NCBI RefSeq assembly: GCF_030684315.1
Contig: NC_081366.1
Span: 9,863,410-9,927,409 of the forward strand
Reading direction: 5' to 3'
From: Stegostoma tigrinum
Lineage: Eukaryota
DNA length: 64,000 bases
Shown here: positions 63,129-64,000 of the stretch, piece by piece
Layout of the letters: each line of letters starts with the position of its first letter
Position numbering within the stretch: position 1 is the first letter of the stretch
Notes under the pieces: model-generated
Told to the model about the DNA's origin: nothing
What the model saw: only the letters and a program-made list of their open reading frames with translations
Database searches by the model: none
Program-made: the position numbers and the translations under genes

Positions 63129-64000
63129 CAGAGAGGGGCATGGGGAGAGGGTTCTGGAATCCCCACCCTTGTCTGCTTTCTGGAGAGACCACTCTCTCCA
63201 TGACTCCCTTGTTCGGTCCACACTGCCCTCCAACCCCACCACACCCGGCAACTTCCCCTGCACCCGCAGGAAATGCTACACTTGCCCCCACACCTCCTCC
63301 CTCACCCCTATCCCAGGCCCCAAGATGACTTTCCATATTAAGCAGAGGTTCACCTGCACATCTGCCAATGTGGTATACTGTATCCATTGTACCCGGTGTG
63401 GCTTCCTCTACATTGGGGAAACCAAGCGGAGGCTTGGGGACCGCTTTGCAGAACACCGCAGCTCGGTTCGCATCAAACAACTGCACCTCCCAGTCACGAA
63501 CCATTTCCACTCCCCCTCCCATTCTTTAGATGACATGTCCATCATGGGCCTCCTGCCGTGCCACAATGATGCCACCCAAAGGTTGCAGGAACAGCACCTC
63601 ATATTCCGCTTGGGAACCCTGCAGCCCAATGGTATCAATGTGGACTTCACCAGCTTCAAAATCTCCCCTTCCCCCACCGCATCCCTAAACCAGCCCAGTT
63701 CGTCCCCTCCCCACACTGCACCACACAACCAGCCCAGCTCTTTCCCTCCCCCCACTGCATCCCAAAGCCAGCCCTGTCTGTCTCTGCTTCCCTAACCTGT
63801 TCTTCCTCTCATCCATCTCTTCCTCCCACCTCAAGCCGCACCTCCATTTCCTACCTACTAACCTCATCCCACCTCCTTGACCTGTCCATCTTCCCTGGAC
63901 TGACCTATCCCCTCCCTACCTCCCCACCTATACTCTCCTCTCCACCTATCTGCTTTTCTCTCCATCTTCGGTCCGCCTCCCCCTCTCTCCCTATTTATTC
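63129..64000 (+). mobile_element. Penelope-like element with a short inverted 5' piece, running off the window
   Basis: GIY-YIG ORF 63169..63795; 63129-63160 is an inverted copy of the element's own 3' region. Confidence 0.9.

Overview
Vertebrate genomic DNA, almost certainly from a shark (HE1-type SINEs, CR1 LINEs, Penelope-like elements, Deu-domain SINE relics). It contains one host gene: CD74 (MHC class II invariant chain, Ii) on the + strand. I built the exon chain by hand: ATG at 31299, then exons at 37615, 40261 (CLIP), 41148, 42625, 43819, an extra 84-nt exon at 45585, two identical thyroglobulin type-1 (Tg) exons at 49497 and 51273, and exons at 53873 and 55162. All splice phases are compatible. 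Most remaining sequence is transposon-derived. Main observations: (1) four spacing-conserved S-X1-X2-Y-like modules (RFX/bZIP/NF-Y, CIITA type) lie 12-30 kb upstream, while the proximal promoter shows only kB/PU.1/CCAAT sites; (2) a ~1.78-kb tandem duplication doubles the Tg exon; (3) the extra exon encodes a second CLIP-like motif; (4) an in-frame TAA in the penultimate exon removes the acidic Ser-Gly tail; (5) intron 1 has a dense kB/AP-1/ISRE/kB cluster; (6) Penelope termini carry minimal hammerhead ribozymes and form fold-back mini-elements with target-site duplications. Repeat boundaries are approximate and no searches were run.
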